DNA of 64,000 nucleotides from Giardia intestinalis (Eukaryota): NCBI GenBank assembly GCA_000002435.2, contig CM018793.1; one strand, 5' to 3'. Shown piece by piece: positions 56,601 to 64,000 of this stretch (position 1 is its first letter; each line of letters starts with the position of its first letter). The notes under the pieces were generated by a model. It saw only the letters and a program-made list of their open reading frames with translations, ran no database searches and was not told where the DNA came from. The position numbers and the translations under genes were made by a program.

Positions 56601-59600
56601 AATAGAGGTTTTCTAAGGACTACAGACGCTTGTGCTAACTTCTATAATAGTATCCTCAAGGCAGTACAGATAATACAGCTACACGCGCGATTATTTCTGT
56701 GTGCGCAATCCTCGGTCCAACTGGCTCAAATCAACATGCTGCTGCAGAATGATGGCAGTGTTGATCTTCTGGACTATCTGTCCTCCAAAGACACCACTCG
56801 AAAGATCTCAAGCGAAGAATTATGGAGAAAGGCTCATGGTCTAAAAGAGTCCTTTACCTATCTGCAAGCATTCATTAGATGCTTTTTGGTACGAAAGTCG
56901 GTCCTTGCTTTCCGTTCCTTGTGTATTTACTTCGGGCTCAATAAGGTATGCCCTAGTCTGCTACTTGAGCTAGCTAGGAACGCGAGTGGCATGCTTTTCA
57001 GTGATACACGTGTCTTGTGTTACCCGTCTCGAGTTGAACCATCGCTTAAGTGGATCAGAATTGCTAGTGACATAATCCTACAGCGACTCGTACTTCACCA
57101 AAGAGGTGCCACCATTAGATTACTTAGAAGCTTCCCCCTTCCGGCCTGCTGTTACGTCCATAGGTATATTGATGGTACTAATCCGAGACTTATTCTCAGG
57201 CCGGATAAATGTGCAGACATTGCAGCCCAACTAATGCACTCTGCAACAGTAATTCAATCAATGTATAGAGGTTACGTCACGCGAAAAACGATAAAACATG
57301 TAGTAATGTCCTGCAAAGGAGACACTATTCTAGCACAAACGCTACTTGATAATATTTTCGTGGCGGCGTCAAAACTCTCTTCTAATGCCTCTTTAAAAGC
57401 ACGCTCCATGATATTGTTTTCAGCTAGTGTGGATGTTGCCGAGCAGGTGCTAAGTTCAGCGGCTCTTGTAATTCAGCGCACGTTCAGACTTAGAATGAGG
57501 AACAAGAGACTTAGTATAGCACGGTTTTACGGAGAAAAGTACTTCTCTGTGGAAGATCTGAAGGGAAGAGACGCGTTCAGACACCGAGAGCTTGCTCTTC
57601 TACGTGGAGCCACTACTATCCAATACCATTATAGAAAATACTCCTTCTTGGCCCATCTGGCCCAGTATACTAAGGGAGATACACGGCTGATGTCCATTTT
57701 CTTATGGAACTTGCAGCAAAAGCAGTCATTAGACGGATTTACTGGCAACTTGGCTTATAAGCAGTGTCTCTTAAATATGCAGCTAGTAGGTGCCCTTCTC
57801 AGTTCTGCCGCAGTAACCATTCAAAAAAGGTGTAGAGGATACATGGTGCACAAGATTTATCTGACTCTCCAGCAATGCCAGAATATAGGAATTTATCCTT
57901 GGATGATACTGAATCTCTTGTCTACTGATGCTAGCAATAAGCTGATATACTCATGCATCACCGATAGCATCCATGTTGTGTCCACTCGTGTAGCTTGCAT
58001 TCAGGCCTACGCACGAGGCTATATTCAACGAGCCTCTTCAGTCACAGTTGCTGCTGGATACAATCTATTTTTAACACAGCAGGAAAAATTATCTGGGCCA
58101 GCTGTTATCATGCGTGTGTGTCGCGCTATAGATGCCGCCGAAAAGCTTCTTTCTGCACATGCAAAGTCATACCTCATACGCACTAGACTCGATTGCCTTC
58201 GCAGATACTCTGCAGTTCCCCCGCCCGATCAGATTGATAGCATTCTAACAACGCGGATCAAATTTCAAAATTATTTACTGATTGTCGTGGCGACACTTAC
58301 AATCCAGTGCCACAGTCGTGGCTTTCTCGCTGTATGTTCTCTACGTCAGGCCGTTCCTCGGGGAATGCAGCTTTATCTTCCGCAAGCCCTAATGACCATC
58401 CCGTCTAAGTGTGCTCTCTTAACCGATATTATTATTAACTTAATTGTGCATATCCAAACTAGTACACGAAGATATCTTGCTTCCAAGTCTATGGGCTATA
58501 TACTGAAACACTTAGATAAGAAGACCTTCAACCTATTCTTCACAGCATCAGATCTACGACTTCCCAGTGCTGTTCTCGATAAGATTCAACTCATCTTGAG
58601 CAGCGCGTCGCTAATTGCCATCAGGGGGAGGGCATTTATCACCAGGAAAACATACCTCTATGTACAGATGTCCGGTTTATTAAAATTTCTTCCCGCTACC
58701 TTCGCCTACTCTCATTACAGTCGTGCCATCGAGTACATAAAAGATCTGTTTCATTGTATTCTTCTTATTCAGGCAGGAGCACGTGGATTCTTTGTGAGGC
58801 ACAAGATAAAGACTATAAAGGAGGTAGTGTTAGAATATGGAGCTACACTTGATTCGCTTCTCCTTCAGCTTATCTGGGAGCGAACAGTTCCTAACCACTT
58901 CAATAGTGTGACGACATATTCTGATAGTTATTATGAAAGATTCGATGTAGGTAGTGCTAGTAATAATGCACTCTCAGTGTTCGACGCAGCAGCGCTTATA
59001 GCCCATTCGGCCATATTAATACAGAAGTACTTTAGAGGTTATGCAGCATACACAACTGCATCTTTGTGTAAGAAGTTCGGTATACACTTTACATGGAATG
59101 TTGACAAAGGATTTGGAGGAGGGGTCGTGGTTATACAATCTGCCATTAGAGGGTGGAATATACGAGTCATGCTCGCGAGCATGGACGTCTGGGAGCGGAG
59201 CCTTTTTCTATCTAAAGGAGCGCATTTACATCTTCACTGCCCCAGCCAGTTAGCTGTCTTTCGAGCCGAAATTAATGAGGCAGCGTTGACATTGGGAAGG
59301 ATATGCAGAGGATTTATTATTAGATCAGAGTCAAGAGCGTTTAAGCATGCCCTGGGGAAGATAAGGCACAAGCCTACACGACGGGCTTTTAAGAGTACGC
59401 TTGAACCTCTTAGCATTCATCTGAACATAAAGGCTGCTATGCAGGAAGCAACAAGATTTTCTGCAGCATTGCATATACAGGCACATTATCGAGGAAATAA
59501 AGACCGCGCAAGCATTCCCCAAAGACTTTGGAGGAAGATACAGCACATACGTGAGCGGCTTGCCGACAGCTTAGCCCATGGAGACAAAACAAAAACAGTG

Positions 59601-60218
59601 GCAAAGCAAATACTAATACACAAAGCAATTCTTTTCAAAGCAGAGCATCCTCACAACAATCCGCGATCAGTAACGAAACTTAATTACTTTTGCAACCTAT
59701 ACTCCCCATCGGCGGGGTACATATTCAGTAGAGATTTCTGCGATATTATCATTGACGTAATAGGATCCACAATTACAACACCTGTGTTGCAGCAATACAA
59801 TGTATTCAGAGATGGATGCTGCCTTATCACAAAAATGCTCACGTATAATCCACCTACATGCAAGTTTGATACATTGAACCTAGCAAATTTCCAGGAGCTT
59901 GTCAAAGTCTCCTCGCCTAAAGTACAACATGCATCCGCAAAAGTGCCGAGTCCTTATGCTCTAACACCAACCTCAATTAAACCCTCATTGATGCGGCTTC
60001 CTGATACTCTCATCAATGCAATAGACTTTAACCGAGAAGATGGAGATATATGCGCAGACGCAGAAGAGCTGCTATGTACAATTATGCGATGTGCTGAGCA
60101 GAGTGGTTATGATAAATCTTACTTCATTTCAGAGTGCGAAAAGCTGGAGGAGTTGCATGAAGCAGGTCTTTTGAAAAGCTCACTGGGGATTTGCTCATCA
60201 AAAATATGCGATGCATGA
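50643..60218 (+). CDS. Giant IQ-motif-rich protein (3191 aa), ASPM / abnormal-spindle-like
   Basis: At least 25 IQ-type motifs ([IL]QxxxRGxxxR), e.g. IQAAFRGCKLR, LQAHIRGWVVRRNYR, IQAWLRGCRARR, IQRYYRGWCVRW, IQSMYRGYVTRK, IQKYFRGYAAY, IQSAIRGWNIR, IQAHYRGNKDR. The N-terminus has a beta-rich, Ig/ASH-like region. The C-terminal region is helical. Confidence 0.7.
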   Translation: MRGFTFSVGGGCRNAPVDFGPCRAGTSTVIEVLFSSTLSVSVNVSISNLPRHIDAVPKQFILNPSSKMNVKFTWVSKDTKFQILNETLNVESQKSVQHLVLLGLATEKELNIFFSASNEKLYFRILGRPETFFVQSPIFEDTAGSEAFISRTALAQKGTDPFVLLSDRAIYDKVLHHGSNILNNFTNSLLHTSYLAGYEVFQATFLRDTLPNILMTAHRRYSQAIPAIRRKITFRGDISAPLDQQCRSMLSLALESIDGAIFRLVCDCLYRPQPNLFALFDLPQVRIADILLKLQQSEIVKQLFCRGSAGLQNRALSIEDQRVNKTRNCNLFIVVLCFIDLSLIVYKASGILRPLQHHVETVAATGKRSSITQARTLTEFLNSYYTIIGSTGGLSTILNDLGFSWFNQSIEQPHPISSISSPLKNENIANFRTLLPHLLLYMSRKREYCPGALKIPAETYEEIIENMRILISFCWPHKLVLEASKGLNKNLASLPSLTKTMLNKIILTIIKENQMAGLLCSEKVFLACLNSTVETSMISISCQQIFKRLKYVFNPSNSPIVRTVDRMYDEFRRKQEALTRSSVMLSNASVLDIIISGSQAHPSFTGKKHRTLLATLERHLSSHRYSEFLLLALQMVALVHGYDLNGVIFDPRDCVNNGLLLIMIARVILPTGRRIFPGKTLWKFNFAGTLQSSMVLSTYSEPECYNNDDVSEPEDGFSCSLRKSSTTDPSGWDDTRSSKFERFSSTRIATLSEKEPTLSQIIMQQQERDGYVKPEHNVLRLADFYSCHLAFISALERYEELLQKWDYSLSLEVFANRHSILRVLPSFVYSDNIRERTRYSFSLFRLIDAYTRSMGSTLPNTSMLSYYVSILFVTALVSNDYCLTGDIKLELLHISPEERDYQNLLNKYAKKTEQYRIRTRVDRRIAAIQASCRGFLARQYYRRVRYSALVIQHMWRTKLYHFEKGYLLTAQARRNLYLRALLTHESRPQDDIFNTEPGKRVLKAVLSIQRYVKQRALRRVMPTIQIYLATKRRTLASHTTMQAVRVLQYHMLAYSLLSFLRLLADAERIFKLSWSDVKLFLPTALRGSLSLAESCDLLELQITGTATSPNTNRFTNLGFSTQYLHIGPYLSISRSKAQLEEYIARISSVGTVFRASYAGYIVRRTLALMLSRASSYPHQSINHKQSIFYGARWMQYHPADVLHVLLSRQYSVENREYVLSAYIAEYHGLLSSVLLIQAFFRGTKERLRARVLQAIVRQMIGTSNLQDITDSFYIFVLREATRSVGLLEAEALKKLGKRLTVDQYIQMITLFMDTLLLRVSRIQAAFRGCKLRTTLYRIRCACCNDFILMRFAISNDFNYYALVDAEMIILRCMRRHRQRVLVARAIQAAPSAVKLFIDEASLRGIQTIADFNAYQDRILRAATLLQSMVRMLITIRNINCVMTVSPILLRYPIICDGLLLPTVIFREVMLKHVIDNTVRLQSCARGYRVRLRQQLLHLLLEKMLGITCSTSFHHDTASRIKQIVIRRLDLVTCSPKDILEHTDGVSRSVVILQAHIRGWVVRRNYRDGVLVSVRIIQRAIKTYLHNLFTKLVKKHDTLLNDLPLLISVGIVSQDIDVGLRRDIPYLSAGSLAMLQDTCDRLLCALASFRGVVVRLRLRRLRDISTTQCIFRMLWHQASVHDQLPPSVTSTLKIYGLLNSKSIILQTYMRRRLVHLRLGLIQHLTNKLVNLEMQSQSSVARFVKQTVLYVALQAGLTDAAIFDALDATTESITLIQQTIRRRVLIRNIGLLKIMHLTFSNLSPLPFHMIIQFFRNVAADRLLWTIRSRKRSTAILYIIDKSLERVQARALSYLALQMQHTYNRLELDPILYDLLCDPNVQSSSALQRAYEELDRSTRMIQAWLRGCRARRLVSTCRATLLAHCSHVDSRLQRILLHHLHRCENQLESVESVVLTLVSAATCIQRYYRGWCVRWTLKRIAPSLAYLMLNRGFLRTTDACANFYNSILKAVQIIQLHARLFLCAQSSVQLAQINMLLQNDGSVDLLDYLSSKDTTRKISSEELWRKAHGLKESFTYLQAFIRCFLVRKSVLAFRSLCIYFGLNKVCPSLLLELARNASGMLFSDTRVLCYPSRVEPSLKWIRIASDIILQRLVLHQRGATIRLLRSFPLPACCYVHRYIDGTNPRLILRPDKCADIAAQLMHSATVIQSMYRGYVTRKTIKHVVMSCKGDTILAQTLLDNIFVAASKLSSNASLKARSMILFSASVDVAEQVLSSAALVIQRTFRLRMRNKRLSIARFYGEKYFSVEDLKGRDAFRHRELALLRGATTIQYHYRKYSFLAHLAQYTKGDTRLMSIFLWNLQQKQSLDGFTGNLAYKQCLLNMQLVGALLSSAAVTIQKRCRGYMVHKIYLTLQQCQNIGIYPWMILNLLSTDASNKLIYSCITDSIHVVSTRVACIQAYARGYIQRASSVTVAAGYNLFLTQQEKLSGPAVIMRVCRAIDAAEKLLSAHAKSYLIRTRLDCLRRYSAVPPPDQIDSILTTRIKFQNYLLIVVATLTIQCHSRGFLAVCSLRQAVPRGMQLYLPQALMTIPSKCALLTDIIINLIVHIQTSTRRYLASKSMGYILKHLDKKTFNLFFTASDLRLPSAVLDKIQLILSSASLIAIRGRAFITRKTYLYVQMSGLLKFLPATFAYSHYSRAIEYIKDLFHCILLIQAGARGFFVRHKIKTIKEVVLEYGATLDSLLLQLIWERTVPNHFNSVTTYSDSYYERFDVGSASNNALSVFDAAALIAHSAILIQKYFRGYAAYTTASLCKKFGIHFTWNVDKGFGGGVVVIQSAIRGWNIRVMLASMDVWERSLFLSKGAHLHLHCPSQLAVFRAEINEAALTLGRICRGFIIRSESRAFKHALGKIRHKPTRRAFKSTLEPLSIHLNIKAAMQEATRFSAALHIQAHYRGNKDRASIPQRLWRKIQHIRERLADSLAHGDKTKTVAKQILIHKAILFKAEHPHNNPRSVTKLNYFCNLYSPSAGYIFSRDFCDIIIDVIGSTITTPVLQQYNVFRDGCCLITKMLTYNPPTCKFDTLNLANFQELVKVSSPKVQHASAKVPSPYALTPTSIKPSLMRLPDTLINAIDFNREDGDICADAEELLCTIMRCAEQSGYDKSYFISECEKLEELHEAGLLKSSLGICSSKICDA

Positions 60219-60311
60219 TAGTATGTAGAACTTTCCTTTAGCTGCTACCAGTAGAAGCGAATATTCCTTGTATACTGGTACTTTATGAACTAGTTAAGAA
60301 GCACAGCGATG

Positions 60312-63300
60312 TCAGTGTGGTATACATAGAATCTCTAAGATTTTATTCTCCACGCTTCTATCACCATGCGATGCTTTGTCAACAGCATATCTTAGTGCCT
60401 TGTTCCCCTTATTATCCTGTATTAGGATCTCTCTGGCGTAGAGAAGCTCTACACATTCAGGGTGCCCATGCATACAAGCGTACATAAGTGCTGTCCGTCC
60501 TGCATTGTCCTGCATACCCCCTTCTTGATCTAATAGTAAACTAACTATTTCGTTACATCCAGCAGCCGCAGCACACATCAGTGCAGTTCGTCCTTGCGCA
60601 TCTCTACACTTAGACTGGTATTTTGATAGGACTAATGCGGCATTCACATTGCAATGTTCTGCAGCGGACATAAGCTCTGTGAACGCGCACACACCTGCAT
60701 TAGCAGAAGTAGAGTTGGCCAGTGGTTTTTCTACTGTACGTAGAAGCGCTGCAACGGCTGTATTACCGCAAGCTTCTGCAATGTCCAGCGCACGCATCCC
60801 GTCTTTTCGAAACATGCAGGCTTCGTCTTTGAGAAGAAGCTCAACCACATTTATAGAGTTATGCTCCGCAGCAACCATCAAGGCTGTTGTGCCATCGTAT
60901 CTAGCCATTCCCGCGTAACGCATATGCTTATCCACCTTTTCAGAGTCGTTTTCTGCTGCTGCATGCATAAGTGGGGTAGTTCCGTCCGCTTCTATCTTCT
61001 CGTATAAATTGGACTGCAACATAGACGAGCCCGTTCGTGTTGTAGCTAGCATGGTTGTGGTCAAGATATCTGTGTAATGCATACTATCCTTGAAAGTTCC
61101 TTGGGCAGATGTAGTGGGAGCCCCTTGCTTTAGCACTTGCTGATCAAAGAAATTTCTGCCCACAGATTGCGTTGATGGAACTGGCTCCTGAGGTTCTGCT
61201 TCTGCTTTGAGCGCATCTAATGTGTGAACAGCTTCAGAGGGCACGCAAGAAGAGACAGGCTGGATACGCACACGTTCAGAGCTTGATGGTCTAGTAGTCG
61301 ATAGAGTAGATTGGTCTAGGGCAGAAGTAAGATCCTCAGTCAGGCAACCTGTCTGCTCAAGCTTCGAGAGCCGTATTTTGCTATTAAGAATTTCGTTCAT
61401 TAGTTGCTCGTTTTGCTTTCGACTCTCCAAAAGCTTTCCCCCTAAATCCTCACATCGTGAGAGAAGCACCCTGTACGCTGGATCCGCTAAATACCCACGC
61501 TCTTGAATATCTCTTAGAATACCAAGCTTTTCAGCATAGACGCTTTCGTTGTACCCACGCTTAATATTGTTCTGTTCCAGGCTAGCTGTCTTTTGCAAAA
61601 GGATGTCGTGCTTACATTGAAGGGAGGATAGCTCTGCCTTTACTAGCTGCAACTCAGCGCTTTTGTCTAGATCCATAGCTCTTTCTTCCAACTGGCGATG
61701 AAGGTCCCTAATTGTTGCATGAAGAGTGTCGATATTTTCAGTGTGCACTCGTTGTTCCAAAAGTTTAGATTCTATGTCGTGCAGACGATCTAGTTCTTTC
61801 TTCTGTTCTTCACGAATTTGTGAGCTAGCTTGCAAGACTTTGTGCAGACACGAAATCGTAAATAGGGCGTTAGAAATGCTTTCATTCCAATCCTTGTCTT
61901 CGTCCAGGTAGACAGAGTCAGACGTATCTTTATTTGCAGTCTCTATTTGAGTCTTGTAAATTGATAGCTCTCTAGATTTTGATAGTGCAAGAAGCTTTTG
62001 CTTTATGTTCTCGTAGTGCAGCTCCCGCTGGCTAGCGCGCTTTAGCTGTTCGTGCGAGGTCTTCAGTCGTTCCACGAGCTCCTTTACTTGACTTTCCAGA
62101 GCTTCTGTCGTTTTAGAGCTTCTATGTCGACGTCGTGTCGATGTCAGTGACGTCTGAGTGACATTTAGACTGTGCATAGTACTCTGATAAAGACTATGCT
62201 CATCTACGTGCGGTACACAGGGCTGGTGTGAATTAATCACTGAACCAGTTAAGGTAGATAGGTCACAATCAGTGATGTTATCTGGCAAACATTGTTGGTT
62301 GGGAATCGACATGTTTGATTGAGTTTGTAGCTGAACAAGTTGTTGCTTATAGTCTTCAACGGATTGCTTTAGCTGAGCTATAACCGTATCTTTTTCAGTA
62401 ATAATGGACTCGTAATCCGATAAAGCAGTGACAAGCCGCAAATTCTCTTGCTTAAAAAGCTCCAATGTATTATCTGTCTGGATGTCTGATTGAATGGAAC
62501 GCTCACAGACATCAATCAACATACTTGTTTGTGTCTCACAGTCAGCCTTTCCTCGCGAGTTCACAGAATAGTGTGGTGGATGTTTCCTCTTGATCTGTTG
62601 GGAACTCAGAGAAGCCTGATGCAAAATGTGTTGTCCTAAAGAATTCAAGGATGGCCTTGCTTGAGAATATGAAAAGGAGCTAGAATGCAAAGGCACCTCA
62701 CGGATTTTGGGGCTCTCTTTTCTATACGAAGCCGGCCTAACTGGGTGAGTACCTTTGGAACCAGAGCTTGCCAAACTCTCGGGGTCGAGGCGCCGTACAG
62801 AAATGGCTCCCAGTTCAGAATTAAAAGAGCTCACAGGTGTGCTTAAGCGGGGGTCGGTGAAACTGGGAACAGCTGACAGTAACTTATCTACTTCATTGGA
62901 CAAATCGTCCATACTGCTATAGTACCGCTGCGACGCATCATCGTATAGGCTCTGCAAGAAGGCTAACGTTTCCTTATTCTTGCAGCACTCCATGGCTTTG
63001 GCAACGGTTTTCCTATCTGGAGAAAGCAATCTACGCAAAACACTCACTGATTCTAGACTGCCAGCTATAGCGGCCTGATCCAGGACAGTATGACCAGTTC
63101 CATCACTGCAGTCATGAATATACTGGTGAAGAATTGGCAAGACCCCGGCTGATCCACTACGCGCTGCTACATGCAGTGCTGTAAGCCCATCTGGAGATAA
63201 AATATCATACTCTGCTGCCACAAGAAGTTCGCAGCACTTGACATGATTGTTGGATGCAGCAAGCAACAATGCTGTCTCTCCGCGCCTGTTAATATGCCGT

Positions 63301-63479
63301 GCTTCCGGTTCTAGCAGAATTTCAACCAAATCTGAATGACCATTCCTGGCTGCTTTAATAAGTGCAGTTGAGCCTTCACTATCAACAGACCCTGCGAACT
63401 TATGCAAATGAGAGATGACGCTATCCACATGTCCTCTCTCTGCTGCCTGAAACCATGCTGCGGAGGTGGTTATTGGCAT
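60312..63479 (-). CDS. Ankyrin-repeat plus coiled-coil protein (Giardia 'Protein 21.1' family type), 1055 aa
   Basis: N-terminal and C-terminal ankyrin repeats (GxTALxxAAxxGHxxxVxxLL) flank a central coiled coil. ATG confirmed at 63477-63479. Confidence 0.8.
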   Translation of the reverse strand: MPITTSAAWFQAAERGHVDSVISHLHKFAGSVDSEGSTALIKAARNGHSDLVEILLEPEARHINRRGETALLLAASNNHVKCCELLVAAEYDILSPDGLTALHVAARSGSAGVLPILHQYIHDCSDGTGHTVLDQAAIAGSLESVSVLRRLLSPDRKTVAKAMECCKNKETLAFLQSLYDDASQRYYSSMDDLSNEVDKLLSAVPSFTDPRLSTPVSSFNSELGAISVRRLDPESLASSGSKGTHPVRPASYRKESPKIREVPLHSSSFSYSQARPSLNSLGQHILHQASLSSQQIKRKHPPHYSVNSRGKADCETQTSMLIDVCERSIQSDIQTDNTLELFKQENLRLVTALSDYESIITEKDTVIAQLKQSVEDYKQQLVQLQTQSNMSIPNQQCLPDNITDCDLSTLTGSVINSHQPCVPHVDEHSLYQSTMHSLNVTQTSLTSTRRRHRSSKTTEALESQVKELVERLKTSHEQLKRASQRELHYENIKQKLLALSKSRELSIYKTQIETANKDTSDSVYLDEDKDWNESISNALFTISCLHKVLQASSQIREEQKKELDRLHDIESKLLEQRVHTENIDTLHATIRDLHRQLEERAMDLDKSAELQLVKAELSSLQCKHDILLQKTASLEQNNIKRGYNESVYAEKLGILRDIQERGYLADPAYRVLLSRCEDLGGKLLESRKQNEQLMNEILNSKIRLSKLEQTGCLTEDLTSALDQSTLSTTRPSSSERVRIQPVSSCVPSEAVHTLDALKAEAEPQEPVPSTQSVGRNFFDQQVLKQGAPTTSAQGTFKDSMHYTDILTTTMLATTRTGSSMLQSNLYEKIEADGTTPLMHAAAENDSEKVDKHMRYAGMARYDGTTALMVAAEHNSINVVELLLKDEACMFRKDGMRALDIAEACGNTAVAALLRTVEKPLANSTSANAGVCAFTELMSAAEHCNVNAALVLSKYQSKCRDAQGRTALMCAAAAGCNEIVSLLLDQEGGMQDNAGRTALMYACMHGHPECVELLYAREILIQDNKGNKALRYAVDKASHGDRSVENKILEILCIPH

Positions 63480-64000
63480 TTTTGATTTAGGGAAGGATCG
63501 GCAGGTTGAGTTTCAACGCTCTGCTTTTTGCCTCAGTGATTTTACCGTGCGATTAATCTACTCTGCACAGTTAGCTAGTGGTACATTAATGTAGGTTTAT
63601 CTGATTTCCTAGAAGATAGGATTCTATTGACCTCGAATAAACTGATAGCAAGGTTGACTCCTTCAGGTCATAATAGTCTACGTGTCATAAGGATGTGTCA
63701 GCTATGCACTCATAGATTGCTGAGCAATACATATGACACCAGACAGACATCTTTACACACCCTTTAGTCGGGTTGTCAGCTATTAACAAGATCAATCTCT
63801 AAGTAAATACGATTATGTACTTACTACCATTATACGCTACATTGCTACTAGGTGCACAATACGTTATCTATGAGTGGATTCAGTCCTTGACAATATTGAA
63901 ATTCAGATACAGTAGCAGTTGCCACACGCAGTCGTAGGATCGTGATTACCCTAGATACAACAATGTGCTTGTCAAATTACTGGCTCTTCTCACAGAAATG

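Noticed and set aside
1-64000. ORF-track start coordinates taken at face value
   Set aside because: Several track ORFs begin with GTG or TTG (verified at 13203, 2415, 6841, 25950, 29084, 48959 and 49831). These are bacterial conventions and do not apply to a eukaryote. Starts were moved to the first ATG with an AT-rich initiator where the sequence supports it.
1-64000. CRISPR arrays, prokaryotic operons or defence islands, transposase or integrase genes
   Set aside because: No short direct-repeat and spacer arrays, no Shine-Dalgarno patterns and no transposase- or integrase-like ORFs were seen. The gene content is eukaryotic (ribosomal e-proteins, retromer, PP2A, ankyrin, VSP).

Overview
This window reads as compact, intron-poor eukaryotic DNA from a diplomonad, almost certainly Giardia (most likely G. 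intestinalis). The evidence is a VSP-type cysteine-rich gene (CxxC and GGCY motifs), a 1677-aa high-cysteine membrane protein, a 'Protein 21.1'-type ankyrin/coiled-coil gene, very short AT-rich initiator regions abutting ATG codons, and an AGTAAAC polyadenylation motif 11 nt after a stop codon. No prokaryotic features (RBS, operons, CRISPR) are present. The supplied ORF track uses bacterial alternative starts (GTG/TTG), so several starts were re-set to the first plausible ATG preceded by an AT-rich initiator. Confident housekeeping genes are ribosomal uL2 (L8), eL29, retromer Vps26, the PP2A scaffold (A) subunit, a low-molecular-weight protein tyrosine phosphatase, MBF1, a Rab-like GTPase, an SR-beta-like GTPase and an MFS transporter. 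There are also several large coiled-coil and orphan proteins and a 3191-aa IQ-motif-rich ASPM-like protein. Three tRNA genes are not in the ORF track: tRNA-Val(GAC), and two identical tRNA-Gly(GCC) copies. The most striking structure is a perfect inverted duplication of about 7.2 kb (16864..24025). Its two 2790-bp arms are separated by a 1582-bp GC-rich, strand-skewed spacer. Each arm carries, tail-to-tail, a decayed and truncated VSP pseudogene, a tRNA-Gly gene, a hairpin-plus-T6 candidate small RNA, and a 217-bp fragment of the 3' end of the neighbouring coiled-coil gene. If transcribed, the arrangement would give a long hairpin or dsRNA covering VSP sequence, which is relevant to RNAi-based VSP silencing. 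An assembly artefact has to be excluded first. Coordinates derived by counting printed lines may be off by 1-2 nt.
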